Origin: Podarcis filfolensis
Lineage: Eukaryota
Strand: one strand, 5' to 3'
Length of the DNA: 64,000 nucleotides
Assembly (NCBI GenBank): GCA_964270895.1
Contig: OZ185436.1
Shown here piece after piece: positions 51,493 to 63,505 of this stretch. Each line of letters starts with the position of its first letter. Within the stretch, counting starts at the first letter, position 1. The translations under genes and the position numbers were made by a program. The notes beneath the pieces were generated by a model. That model saw nothing but the letters and a program-made list of their open reading frames with translations. It was not told the origin of the DNA and did not search any database.

Positions 51493-54400
51493 CACAGCTG
51501 CTAAACTTTACTTTAAAAAAATGGGAGCAGTTGGCACTTGTTTATGCTAGAATTCCAGGTTTAACCAAATACTGTACCTGCAAGGATCATAACACTGGCA
51601 AGCACCTAGCAGGCTAATTCGTTTTTGCAATCTCCATCTTTAGACTTGAAGGCCCAGCCCATTTAATTTTTATTCCCCATCCCCATCCCTTGCTTTGAAA
51701 CTCATCTCACCTGATTAAGAGTTCTGGAGAACTTGAAAGCTTGCACATTTCATGATTCTTGGCTTGTCCTAATAAAGGTATTATATAGCTATGGGTGTTG
51801 GGAGATATTTTTCATCCCAACACAGCTGTCTTTGTTGGTTTGTTTTTATGCCTCATTTAGGTAGTTGCCTTTCATTGTAACTGCATCTGCCCTCATATTC
51901 ATATTCTGTGTGTGTGTGTGTGAATATATACATTAGATTTATCCAAACCTCTAAGAGGATTACATAAAATATAAAATGCGCATTAAAATTTCTGATAAAA
52001 ACTTATTTTAAAAACAAGTTCTTTTAAACAGACAACACTACATATACTACGGGCAGGAATTATTCTAACTTCCCAGCTAGCCAGGGCTGGGAATATGTTC
52101 TAAGTTACCAGGACATTTAGATGCCCAGGCAACCAGGCACACTCACACAAACATGTCATTGCAAGAGGTAGGGCAGAGTGAGTCAGTGTTTCATGTCCCT
52201 GTGTCACACAACTATAAGCTGGGCAAAAAAAAAAAAAAAGCCTCCTACACAGCAATTTTATCTACAATGATTTTACATTTCACCCATTATTAAAACCTAG
52301 CACGTCATAGGAATAACAATTCTTGTTATTTTACTAGCAATAAAGCAGTAATGCCTGCTGAAACTCAGTGGTAAAGCCCCGAGATAAGTAACTCGGCTTT
52401 TCAAGCAGACGATGATTAAGGAGTCAGTCAACAGGCAGAAAGCAATCCTTGAACTTTGGGTTCCTCCTCAGGAAGTTTGTCTGCTAAATCATTGTTCTAG
52501 GAGCAAAGGTGGCGAGTTGCGCTTTGCAGCACCATTTCCACTGTGATAATCTCTAGGCATTTATAGTTCCTATGCAAGGATCTGCAAAATGGGAGGAGAG
52601 GGAGGAGGAAGCTGCCAACATTCCTTTCAACAGTAAGTTGTAAGATCCAGCATTTGCTCTGATCGGGCAGACACAGAAGAACATGCTTTTTTGAAACAGA
52701 ACAAGCAAAGTCTGTTTATAAGTTCAGGTTACACATGTATTTCAGCTACCAATGCCACCCTTTATTATGAGTACATTAAGAAGCTTCCATTTCAAGATTA
52801 AAGACTACAATCTAAGCACCAGTAGTTCCAATACTATCACACACACTCCAAAACAAGATTTGCCAATGAGGTTTCTATGTCATTTTCACCCAGCAGAGTC
52901 ATTTTTAATTGCAACCAAAGCCTCTTTGCACACACCAACCTGAACAAAGCTATCAACTCACAAGTAGAGAGAAAAAATTCTTTTTTTCTATACTAAAGGG
53001 CAAGCATGTTTTCTGTACAACTCCCAGCACCTCATGCTTTGTGTGACTAAGTCCCAAATTCTAATCATCAGCATCCCTAGGCAAGAAATTTCAGGTTGCA
53101 GGACTGGGGAAGCCCTCTCTGCCCAAGACCTTATAAAACTATTGCCACTCAGAAAGGACAATACTGAATTTGTGTTGAAGGTCTGGATTTTTCAAGTTCA
53201 ATGGGTGGCAATGGCACCATTTTTTGGAATGTTGCTCAAAGTATTACGCCATCTTCCCCTGACCAGAGAAGGGTGCATTAACCACTGTCAAGAGGATTCG
53301 AAGGCATACACTTTCATCACTCTGCTCCTTGCCTGAGGAAACTAGAATATTACCACAGTATGAACATCATACTAGGCTGGGGATGAGTCTGCAATTACAC
53401 AAGGTATGTTCCTGCATTGTACAGACTAGAAACATGCTGGTTTCTAGTCCCCACATCCTAAAACAGCCAATTATTGCTGCATAACAGTAGCTAGCTTAGC
53501 TGTTACCTAGGTTTTTGCGTATATATAAACATGGGGTGTGGACATTAGCTGGCAGCAGTGAAACCACCCTCTCTATTTAAAAAGCTACTACTTCTGTTCA
53601 CGGAGACAGCTGCATATAAAGAAACCCATAAATCAAACATTTCATTTGAACTACTCCACCCAAAAAAACCCAAGTCGAGTACAGGTTCGTTCCTTGAACT
53701 GCAACATGAAGACAGGAAGTTGCTTCAATAGCATTACTAATTGCAACTCAATTCACACACCCAAACACACACCCTAGTGAGCCACTGATAAATAGTACAA
53801 CTGTTGCATGATTGAATGTCTAGCACGAATTGGTTCAGTATTTCTCCATATAGTGACATCTGAGTATTGCTTATCAGTGTTCCTGTTAAACTGAGTCAGC
53901 ATGGGTGTAGTGCTTTTCTACTTCAAAAGTTATCTGCCCTATGTTGCAGAGAGCTATTGCCTCTACCACATGATGGGGGTAAAAGATTATGGTTTGGATC
54001 AATACTTTCAGTTCTGCAAATGCAATGGCACCTTCTGCTTGTGGTACATGCTGTCCAATCCAATGGAGGTTTTCACTGGAGGAGGCGAGATAAGACCTTT
54101 GCACCAATTCTGCTTGCAGCCTACAGCATTCTGAAGGATCCCCAATCCTTCTGAGCAATTGGCAGGGGCATAGAGGCTTCAGGGGCAGGGGCATTGGGGA
54201 GGGGAAAAAGCTCCCCCCTTCCATCGGCAGAAGCATCATCAGAATGGAACTCTGATCAAAGAAGTCTGGATCCAATCCCTGATCAGTCGGGGAAGAGACC
54301 ATCACACTCCACTTATGCACACATTACAATCAGTACTCAAAAAGGAATATATTAAGAGACTTCTGAATTCCAAGCTGACCCAGGACAATAAAAATGATTT

Positions 54401-55829
54401 TGTCTACTAGTGCTCATGGACATTTGGGTTCCATGTTTCCTTTGAGCCTTTGCCATTAAACCAAACTGCATCTCCTACCACCAGCAGACCACTACATTCA
54501 GTGCTGCAGTTTGTATTTCTTATTCAAGACTGCTCACTTGGGTGAATCATTAAGGAGTGTAGTGTAGGCGATATACTAGGATTTTATTGCTCATGAAAAA
54601 ACCTGCCAGGTTTACTGAAGGAAAAGAATTCCCACAAAGATCTGGCAATATATACCGAATGAGGCGCACACTCATAACCTGTACTTCAGGAGTGGCGCTC
54701 TCAATCACACAGCAATCACGATTTTAAAAGTTTGGATCAATTCCCACTTCTTACACTTTCATTTGCAACCCAATTGTGAGCCTAAGAAGAAAGCTACATT
54801 GGAACTTGCTCGGGGCAAATGAACCAAAATGGTTCACTAAAATATCAGTTATTAAATTTGATAGCTAGTCATTAGCTGCATGTTAACTGCCAAAATACAG
54901 GTGCTTAACTATGCATCTTCCAAAAAAGGATTCATATGTCTCTTGTTGACTGAAGCAGCTTTCAATATTGAGGTATATGCTACTAAGTAAGAGTCTAAAT
55001 TCCAGCTACCACTACCGGTTTAGCAGAGAACAATTCATTACGTAAATCTGCATCTAGACATGAGCTACAAGACACTAGGGAGATGATCATTCAGGGAAGG
55101 GTTTTGGGCAGTTATATTTAAGGTTTCAGTATTGCAATGTAATATAGAAAGAGGGTGACAAAATAAGGTATTCTTTAGATTATTGTGATGCACTTATATT
55201 TGAAATGCGGTATTTTAGACCTAAGCACCGCTGAACAGGGCTATCCATAGCAATGCCAGATTTTATCCGATTCAGGAACATAAACACCTGGAGCAAAATT
55301 AGTAGGGCTGTTTGTACTTAAGATTTCAGTAAGAACTTCCTAACAAGTTGCAAGTTTATAGATCACACTGAGGCTCAATCCTATTTCAAGCAAGGTGATT
55401 CTTTTATAAGATAACCTATTCCAGCAACTGAATCGGAGGTATAGCTGCATGCTGGTGGAACCTTCATGAGATTCTGAAGTTCCCCTACTTTGCTTTAGGC
55501 TGCAATCCTATACCTGGGCAAAGTCCAGTGAACTCAGTGAGATTTAACTTGGGAGGCAACATGCATGGAATTTCGTGTTCAAGTTCTAGCTATGGCACAG
55601 AATGCCTTCCAAGACCACACAGGAACTTTTGACCCTTCCTGTCCCATGATGAGTGACAAAATACCTACAAGAAGGAGGATAGTCCATCAGCCTGCTTGTG
55701 CCTCACAGGAGGTGAAGCTAAAGCAGCTGTAAAGCAAAGCTTGATCCTTTGATCTCTAATCCTTTGGAATGTATCAAAATGATGCCGCCACCAAATTATA
55801 CCTCTGCGATTCCCTGGCCCGAAGATAAG

Positions 55830-56645
55830 TGTCAGGGAATCGGGAGCAGGAGCAATGGGGAGAGAGGAATTGGAGAGCGAAGGGGAAGAATCCGAGGGCA
55901 GCGTAGGGGAGTATGACAGTGGCCCGAGAGATTCCATGAGCTTCTCCAGCGAATCAGAAGATTCCCAGAAGGGGGCGCTGATGGTCAGGGCAAGGGGGGT
56001 CCCAGGGGGGACGCACCAGAAACAAGGAGCCAGAGGGGAACCCCAAAACAGCAGTGGAGGATCGGGACCAGTTTCCCCACCAGAGCGTAGTGGGGGGGAA
56101 GAGTCACATGTGTCAGGGCCAGCGTCTCCTCCAGAGAGGGAGTCAGGGCTGACCACGCCTCCATCGGAGAGTGGAGGAACGGAAGGGAGGTCAGTTGCAG
56201 CTAGCCCCCCCGAAGGGGGAAGCAGTGACAGCAGCAGTGAAACGGTCAGGAGGAAAGCTGCTGGCTGGGCGCGCGCACCAAGTTCAAATGTGCAGGCGCG
56301 CGGGACAGCAGGAGACCCGGATGGGGAACCAGCTCCTAAAGCCCGCCGGAGGGAGGGAGAAGGCTCAGGGGAATCTGCGTCAGAGGAGGCTAGAAAGGGC
56401 GAGACCCCGGCGGGCAGGCGGACCCAGAGGAGGAAAGAGCAGCGGAAAAGGTGGAGCAAGGCTAGAATCTTAAATTGGTGTCAAGGGGGAGGAGACTCAG
56501 ACGGAGCATCAGTGGTCTAACGGTTGAGACGTAGAGCTGCGCGCTGCGGCTTTGGAAGTGAAACTGAACTTCAATAAAGACTTTTGTACTTAACAACGAA
56601 GCAGCGTTGGTCCTTTGTGAGCTGGGACCTAGGGTAGCTCTGACA
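55830..56645 (+). mobile_element. Solo LTR (816 bp) of an LTR retroelement, containing a 221-codon ORF
   Basis: Termini TGTCAG...CTGACA, perfect 5-bp TSD ATAAG (55825-55829 and 56646-56650), AATAAA at 56573-56578, CpG-rich. Confidence 0.9.
55855..56520 (+). CDS. Intact 221-aa ORF inside the solo LTR (acidic N-terminus, SPPE repeats, Arg-rich C-terminus); function unknown
   Basis: ORF track; the frame is open from the LTR 5' end to TAA at 56518-56520. Confidence 0.45.
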   Translation: MGREELESEGEESEGSVGEYDSGPRDSMSFSSESEDSQKGALMVRARGVPGGTHQKQGARGEPQNSSGGSGPVSPPERSGGEESHVSGPASPPERESGLTTPPSESGGTEGRSVAASPPEGGSSDSSSETVRRKAAGWARAPSSNVQARGTAGDPDGEPAPKARRREGEGSGESASEEARKGETPAGRRTQRRKEQRKRWSKARILNWCQGGGDSDGASVV

Positions 56646-59600
56646 ATAAGTTTATGCCTCTCTTTAGGTGACATGACATGTTAGCATTTAAAGCAGCTTG
56701 GAGAATTCGGGATATTTGGGAAGAGCACTTGCTCCAGCATCCTATTTTCACAATGGCCAGCCAGATGCTTATGGGAAATCTGAAAGCAGGTCCTGAGCGC
56801 AACAACACTCTCCCCCACCTATGACTCCCACCAACTGATATTCAAAGGCGTACTTCCTTCAACAATGGAGGGAGAACACAGCTATCATTAAGCTCACCCA
56901 GGGCACACATTTCAGAAACTTTCCTTAAAACATGTTGCAATAAATCTGATAGAATCAAATATATGGCTGCTACATAGAATGTACTGTAATCCACACATGC
57001 AGGAGCCTAACACTTCCTGCTTTGCCCAGACATTGGAGTACCAACTTGTAAGAGGCAGCTTGCCATCTCCCAGGGGCAGTACAGGACGGGCGGGGCCTTG
57101 TCTAGTGAAAGGCAAAATTTCCCCCACCCACCACAACAGTTTTTAATGGGGTTTCTGAAACTAGCAGCACTAGTTGCAGGAGTACACATTATTCTGCTTG
57201 TTACTTCTGTTGGCGCTTTGCACCAACAATATTCTGCTGTTAATATTTAAACTGAAAAGAAATCAGAGTGAAGTAATCCCTGGAAAAGCAAGTTTGCAAC
57301 AGCTGTCAAAGGTATTTTCCCACAAGGAGTCTGATTCAGAGCTCAGCAAGGTTTCCGTGCTTCAAAACATATGGGTTACATACAGAGAACCAACATTCTT
57401 TTCTCCTATACTTTTCCTTGAAGCCTCAACTCTATTTACACAGACAGGACGTCTCTGAAGTTCTGTTTCAGGTCTCTAACTCAAGGTCACGTTTTGCTCA
57501 TAACATAGTTCTATACTCCAGAGACACCACTGCAGAGAGAACCGAAGTTACTTCCCCGGTTAAAACTCAGACAGACTTCCAAACAGGGCAACAATTGTTA
57601 GAAAGTTAGATTTCAGCTCCCACAGGCAGGTATTAGTTTTATTTTCTTTTGCTTGTTAACACACCAGTTCTGTGCTACTACTTGGCTGCTAATAGAGAAC
57701 ACAGCAAGATCTGGCTATGAGAACCACTTGCTATTAACCCATCTTTTTAAAAGTTTGAAAGCTGCCTTCATTTGCAAATGATGTACTTTATACTCATGCC
57801 CCCACTATTTCTGTTGGAGGTTCAGAGTAGCATTCAGTGCTCCCAAAATATATCCATTACTGCCTTGAAAAAAGCTGCATCTGCAACTGAGAGCATTAAA
57901 CTATCATTGAGAATGGTTACCAAGTTGCTTGGTGGCAGAGATTTTTTGTTTTGGGTTTTGGCCAATGGATGAAGTCTCTGCCCAGAAAAACCCTGCCAAT
58001 TAAGTTTATCTTTGTGAAAATGTTTTAGGAGTATTTGCCACTTTACTGATACCACATTTGCAACTCCTGCGCTTAAAATGGGAATTATGGGCAGTTGCTA
58101 GTAGATGCATAATTTCCTCCCTAAATATCACATAACCTTCATCCATAAACATTCACGGACAAGTTGGATAATGCGCTTTTTCTGCCTTAGGGGTATGGGC
58201 CTGCCTTGGTAAAAACCTAATTCTGCAAGACCCCTTCCTGCTTTCATGCTCTATGGACCCAACAGGCTATGCACATTCACTCCCAATTATCCCCCTTTGA
58301 TTTACTTCCCAGAAAAAATGCAAAGGTTCATGCAGCTGTTAAAAGCAGAAGTGTTCAATTTTGTGTCACTTTAGAATTGTGATTGGCAGCAGAAAAGTGG
58401 GTGCGCTGATGGTGTCGCTTCAGCTGCTGAAAAAGCCATTTAAGATTTTTTTATAGTTAACATTTCTAAGCCACAGTAAAATATTTTGTTTGTACTACCT
58501 ACATGTTTTCACAAACACAACTGTTGTGAAGTATATCCTGCATTCTTGGTATATACTACAGGTGTCCACAAGGCATCAGGTTTAGCCTCTCGATAATTTC
58601 AGCTGGCATTCTATCCATGCAATATTATCCAGAAACACCTCCTAGTGCTATTTTGCATTATTTATTCCCTCCTTTAATACAAGTTAGGCATTTTGCAAGA
58701 AAAGATTCCCAACACAAAAGACACTATAAACACAGTCAAAGCAACAGTACTTAGCTGCAGAGCTTTCTATACAATTAATGGCTATTGTAATCAGACTACA
58801 TTTATCCATTCTATGGTTCAACTGTATCTTGGAAGTTTGTTGTGCTTAGGACACTGGCAGCCTTTTAATCACAGCTTCTGAAATGCCATCTAGTCCTTTA
58901 CAAATGGTTTTTGACTAGACTGAAGCTGACTAGTATCTTCCCTCTCTACCACTACCACCTCCCAACTTGTAAGCTTGGAAAAATGCAGCTTCAAAAGAGA
59001 AAATATGGAGTGTCATTATCCATGGACAATTTTTAAGGGAGTCCCAATACCAGGTTTTACAGTTTCTTGTATTCGCAGAGGAATGGACTAGATGACCGTG
59101 AGATCCTTTCACACTTCGATTCTACAACACATGCTGCATATGTACCTGCAACTCAGGATAACACCATGCATCTAATCTAGTGGGCTAGTCCACAAAAGCT
59201 TATGCCATCAGGATGTCAGTCTTTAAGGGCTCAACAAGATTGTATTTTCCTGCAGCTATCCCTTTGATAGGTGACTAGTTAATAGTGCACAACACCTTAT
59301 AGGTGTGATGTGTCAATTATGTATACCCAGACTACCATACATAGCCTATCATTTTGCAGTTTGTCCCACTGAACCAAGAACCTAGTCACAGCTGACTCAA
59401 CAGCAGTGCCAACTGAAAAAATAGGTGTGAGTAGTCTACCAAATTAGTCTTAATGTCAAATCCTAATGGTTAAAATAGATGTACTATCACAGTCACACTT
59501 TTAGAAATCCAGACACGTCAGAATACTTGCTAAGGTATTAAAACAATTTAACAAGATATTATTAGCATTCCTTATATACTGCATCCTTCGTGCACAGAAC

Positions 59601-60756
59601 CAACAGCACAGCGCATTTTGGCCACACCACATTCTCCAGAGAATAAAATGAGAAGGCCGGCTGGGTTTTCTTCCTGACATGCTACTTGAGGAGCAGAGCA
59701 CTGCTTTGCAAACTATCTCCACAAGCCCTGCAGCTGCTCTTTTTCCATCTTTAATTTTAAACGGGAACCAAGTTCAGCCCAATGCCTGCTTCTCCCAGGA
59801 AAGCAGAGAAGAAGCTGGTCTCAGATCAGAGACTGGGCTTTTATACAGCTCAAACCTTTCAGAAACCTCCAGCATGGAAACCGGTCTTTGCCGCCAAAAG
59901 GAAGTGGCTCTACCTGCTGGGAGGGAGGCACCTCAGGAAATCCTGTCTGAGCAGCGCCAGCCATTTCTCCGCTTTCCCAGGATTAGGCTCAGGCCCCGTT
60001 TACGGTTCAATGCGAGCCCGGGGACGGGGGAGTTTGTAGATGGTGGAGACACCATTAATTGGGGTGGGGGAAGAGAGCATGCAAACACCCGACGCCTGGG
60101 CGTCCCTCCTCCTCCTCCCAACCCGCGTGCTTTACAACAGTACTTAAGAGAACGAGAAGTGGGGGGGGGCTCTAGACAGCTTAGGGATCCTCCTTTGGCG
60201 GGCGGTAGGCTAAGAGCCGAGCTGGTTTCAAAGCTCGCAGGGTGCAACAAGCCGGCAGGTACCCGCCCCGGGAGGGTCGGGTTGGGCGGCTCCTCCCCAC
60301 AGCCTCCCTCCAAGCTGGGCTCCCGGGGGCTCGTCGGCGCCTCAGGAAGACGCTCAGCAGCAGAGCCGCGCCCACCTCGCCCGCCCACCCGCTCGCTATT
60401 CTAGCGGAGCGGCAACTCGACGGGGCACCCACTGCCAGGCGCTTTGCCCCCACTTCTGCCTTCCTCACGCCGGGAGAAATTCAGGCACCTCCCCGCAGCT
60501 GCGAACAGACGAGCTGGTTTGAGTTTGCCCCCAAAACCCTGAGCCGTAACCCCCAGGCACAAGAGGTGCCCGGACGGCTGGGTTGAAACGAAGTACCATG
60601 CCCGACTAAAGAGGTCCGGGGATGCAGAAACTGAGCTGTTTCCCTCAGGCAGCCTGCAGCCCGTAAGCGCTGCTCTCGCCACACGCGGAAGCCCGCCCGC
60701 CCGCCTAGGCGTCCCCGTTCTTTTGCCCAGCCCCGACGGGCGCGCCACAAGCTCAC

Positions 60757-61048
60757 CGATGGAGACCAGCTTGATGTTCTCCTTCTCCAGGAACTCGAGC
60801 GCCACGGACACGTTCTCCAGCTGCATCTGCCGGAAGGTGGGTCGCTGGTGGTACTTGCGGTACATGCGCTTCTGGCTCAGCACCTCCAGCAGCGCGATGA
60901 GGCGCAGCCCGTCGCTCAGGTCGAACTGCAGGTTACCGATGCGCTTGTTCACGCAGCGGAGGTGCTCGTTGCACCAGCGGGTGAAGGTGTTCTGCTGGAT
61001 CCGCTTCCAGGGCGCGTCCTCGGCCAGGTCCTTCTCGGTCACCGGCAT
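60757..61048 (-). CDS. FLNB: FLNB coding exon 1 from the canonical Met (292 nt): [38 protein letters not shown]...ENIKLVSI
   Basis: ATG at 61046-61048 (gccgcagccATG), donor G|GTGAGC at 60755-60756; calponin-homology domain 1. Confidence 0.98.
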
Positions 61049-61231
61049 GGCTGCGGCGGGGTCGCCTTCGAGGTCGCTGCGGCCCAAGGGAGCAGGAGAA
61101 GGAAGGTGGTGGAGGAGATGTTGCTGGTGCTGTTGCTGCTGCTCCTGCCACTGAGGCTGCAAGCTGCTGCTGCTGCCGCCGCCGCCGCTCCAGTCACTGC
61201 GAGCAGCCTGGCCCCGCGCCTGCGTGCTCAT
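61049..61231 (-). CDS. FLNB: Possible 61-aa in-frame N-terminal extension of FLNB ([61 protein letters not shown])
   Basis: In-frame ATG at 61229-61231 (ctcgacATGa, purine at -3), no stop before the canonical Met, and no other ATG between it and the TATA box. Confidence 0.6.
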
Positions 61232-61519
61232 GTCGAGGCCGCCGCCCCGCCTCCTCCTGGCGGTAATGAGCGGGCAGGCCGACCAACCCGCCCGCCGAGG
61301 CTGGTTTGCTGGCTCCCTCCCTCGCGCTGCTGCTTCTGGGTCGCAGCCAAGTGTACAAGCGGCGAAACCTACAGGGGAAGAGAAGGAACAGCGCCGTTAG
61401 CTTGGCAACCCCAGCCGCCCGGCTCCACCAGCCCAGCGTCGCCTCCGGAGCGCACACGTGCTCGCCACCAAACAATCCTGCAGAGAGGAACTATTGCGCG
61501 CCGTCTGCGCCTGGAGATG

Positions 61520-61575
61520 TTATATATACCCCGCGGCGGCCAAGGGATTGGACCCCAGCCAGGGAGGGGGCGGAG
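61520..61575 (-). promoter_or_regulatory. Core promoter: TATATAA (about 61520-61528), CCAAT (61547-61551), GC box GGGGCGGAG (61567-61575); predicted TSS near 61495
   Basis: Motifs read directly in the order and orientation expected for minus-strand transcription; the TSS is inferred. Confidence 0.65.
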
Positions 61576-61931
61576 CACGCGGAGCGGCACAACTGCGCGG
61601 GGGGGGGGGAGAAGAAGAAAACGCTGCCCCCCACCCCCGTCGGAGGCGCTGCGCACAACGCATGACAGCCCCCTTCCATTGCACTCCTGGTTTTGTCAGG
61701 CCCGTGAAACCTCCTACTGCCGCCCAGTTTTAACTTTTTTCCTTTGGGATGCCCAGATTCAAATCTCTTCCACCAATAACACTTGCGTGAAAGAAATGTC
61801 AAATAATATTGGGGCACAGGCACCTTAAAGGTTAATAATGCTCTAATCTATGGAAGTTTTGCCATAAGGTATTTAGTAGGCTTTTAAGTTTCAGGTTTAT
61901 GGCACCACCTATATGGGGTGTGTTCCTGCAA

Positions 61932-62130
61932 CAGTGTGGTGTAGTGGTGAATGCCCAGGACTAGGGCCTGGCGGGAGGTCAGGGTTCAAATCCCCACTCA
62001 GCCACAAAGCACACTGAATAACCGTGGGTCAGCCACTATCTCTTAGCCTATCCTACCTCACAGGGTTGTTGTGAGGATAAAATGTGGGGAGAAACCAGCC
62101 TTGAGGTCCTTTCAGGAAAAGGGGGACATA
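61932..62130 (+). mobile_element. tRNA-derived MIR-like SINE
   Basis: A-box TGGTGTAGTGG, B-box GGTTCAAATCC, core CCTACCTCACAGGGTTGTTGTGAGGATAAA. Confidence 0.8.
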
Positions 62131-63331
62131 CTGTACATGTAATTCTGAATAAGAAAAAAGACTTGTTTCTGTCTGTGGAAGTTGTATCTGCTGGAATCAC
62201 CTCACAACTATGCAACTGTGAGACCACAGGAGCACATGTTCTCCTTTGAATTTTTTGGTTCTCCGTCTTCTTCTGCCGTTGCTTTTAAAGCTAAACAACA
62301 ACAAAAAAAGAGTAGCGGTGCCAGCCCCCCAAGGTCACGACAGGATGCCGTGACAGCCACCTGTTCGGATGGCTTTAAAAGAGGACCGTCCAAATTCATG
62401 GCCATCAGTGGCTCTGTTCTACCTCCCGTGCCAGAGGCAGGGAACATAAGAAAAGCAGGGCTTTTCTTACAGTCTCATGCATGTAGGATCAACATCAGAG
62501 AACAGCACTGTTAGGCTCACATCCAAGTAAGGGCCCACAGCTGAACCCCATGCCTTCCTTTGTCAATTTTGGCAAGGAGGGGAGGCCTGCTGGAGGAGGT
62601 AGGCCCATTGGGGGCATCTTGCCCAGGAGGTCTTCCCCAAGAATATGGAAGCAGTGATGAATCACAGCACAATCCACTTTCATCCACAACCCATCACTTT
62701 GTCAGTCTGGAGAGGGTAAATTTCCTTTAAGACTGAGGTCTCCAAACATGGCACCTGTAGGCACCCTGGCACCCTCAGGCAAGGCCCACTGCTCCTCTCA
62801 ATTTGTGTGTAAGGAGGCTTTTCAGTGCTGTTTTCAGGTGGTTGCCTGCTGTTTCTTTGTCTGTTTTTTATTTCTTTTGGGGAGAGTCGGTCATTGTCAC
62901 TCTTTCACAAATAAGGTTCTGAAGCATTGTCAGATTTCGTTGTGTGGAATATGTGTTTTCCTGCCCAGAGCAATTCATTGGGGGTTTTGTTCTAAATGTG
63001 CCCCCAAAAGGTTGTGCACTCCTGCTTTAAGATATGATGAGCTGGAAGCCACCAAGGAGTGAGGAGGTGTGGCCAGCTGCAGAGAGGGCGTGGGAGAGAA
63101 CAAGCTGGAAAATCAGTCAAGGTGGAAGCCTCCTGTTTTAAATCATAAAAAAATGTCACTAGCTTACAACAGTTTCTAGCCTTCTAGAACAGTCTCTAAC
63201 ACCTAGTGGTCTACACAAGTGAATACCAATCCTACATGGGCTTGGATCCCCCCCCCCCCCGGTGCTTTAACAACTTTGTGACTAGGAGAAGTTCAGTGGG
63301 AAAGCGTTGACTTTCATTTCTGCCTGGAATG

Positions 63332-63505
63332 AATAAGAAGCTGCCTTATGCCAAGATGGCCCATTGGCTCATCTAGCTCATGATTGGTCACACTGATTGG
63401 CAGCAGCTCTCCAGGGTTTCAGGCCTGGGTTTCCCACTCCTCCTTGGAGATGCAAGGGATTGAATCTGGGAACTTCTTCATACTCAACCACTGAGCTACA
63501 AACCC
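63332..63505 (-). mobile_element. tRNA-derived SINE (same family as 86..255)
   Basis: Reverse complement begins TAGCTCAGTGGTTGAG...GATTCAATCCC. Confidence 0.7.

Larger units (their letters stand above)
474..61048 (-). other. FLNB: Filamin B gene, coding exons 1-28 (partial; 3' part lies beyond the window's left edge)
   Basis: 28 exons with canonical splice sites (one GC donor) join into a 4861-nt open frame. The translation matches human FLNB as I recall it, including FLNB-type motifs [29 protein letters not shown] and [23 protein letters not shown]. Confidence 0.98.
59990..61700. promoter_or_regulatory. CpG island spanning the FLNB promoter, exon 1 and the start of intron 1
   Basis: Abrupt rise in GC and CpG density relative to the CpG-poor flanks; boundaries approximate. 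Confidence 0.9.

Noticed and set aside
55665-56459. 264-aa minus-strand ORF overlapping the LTR ORF
   Set aside because: The C/T-rich strand is intrinsically stop-poor, and the ORF runs out past the LTR boundary and TSD into host DNA. It is best explained as a shadow of the plus-strand ORF.
60848-61828. 326-aa plus-strand ORF and other long ORFs over the CpG island (59679..60404, 60723..61154, 59933..60388)
   Set aside because: These are antisense or shadow frames of the GC-rich exon 1 and promoter, where stops are rare. The translations are low-complexity with no recognisable domain.
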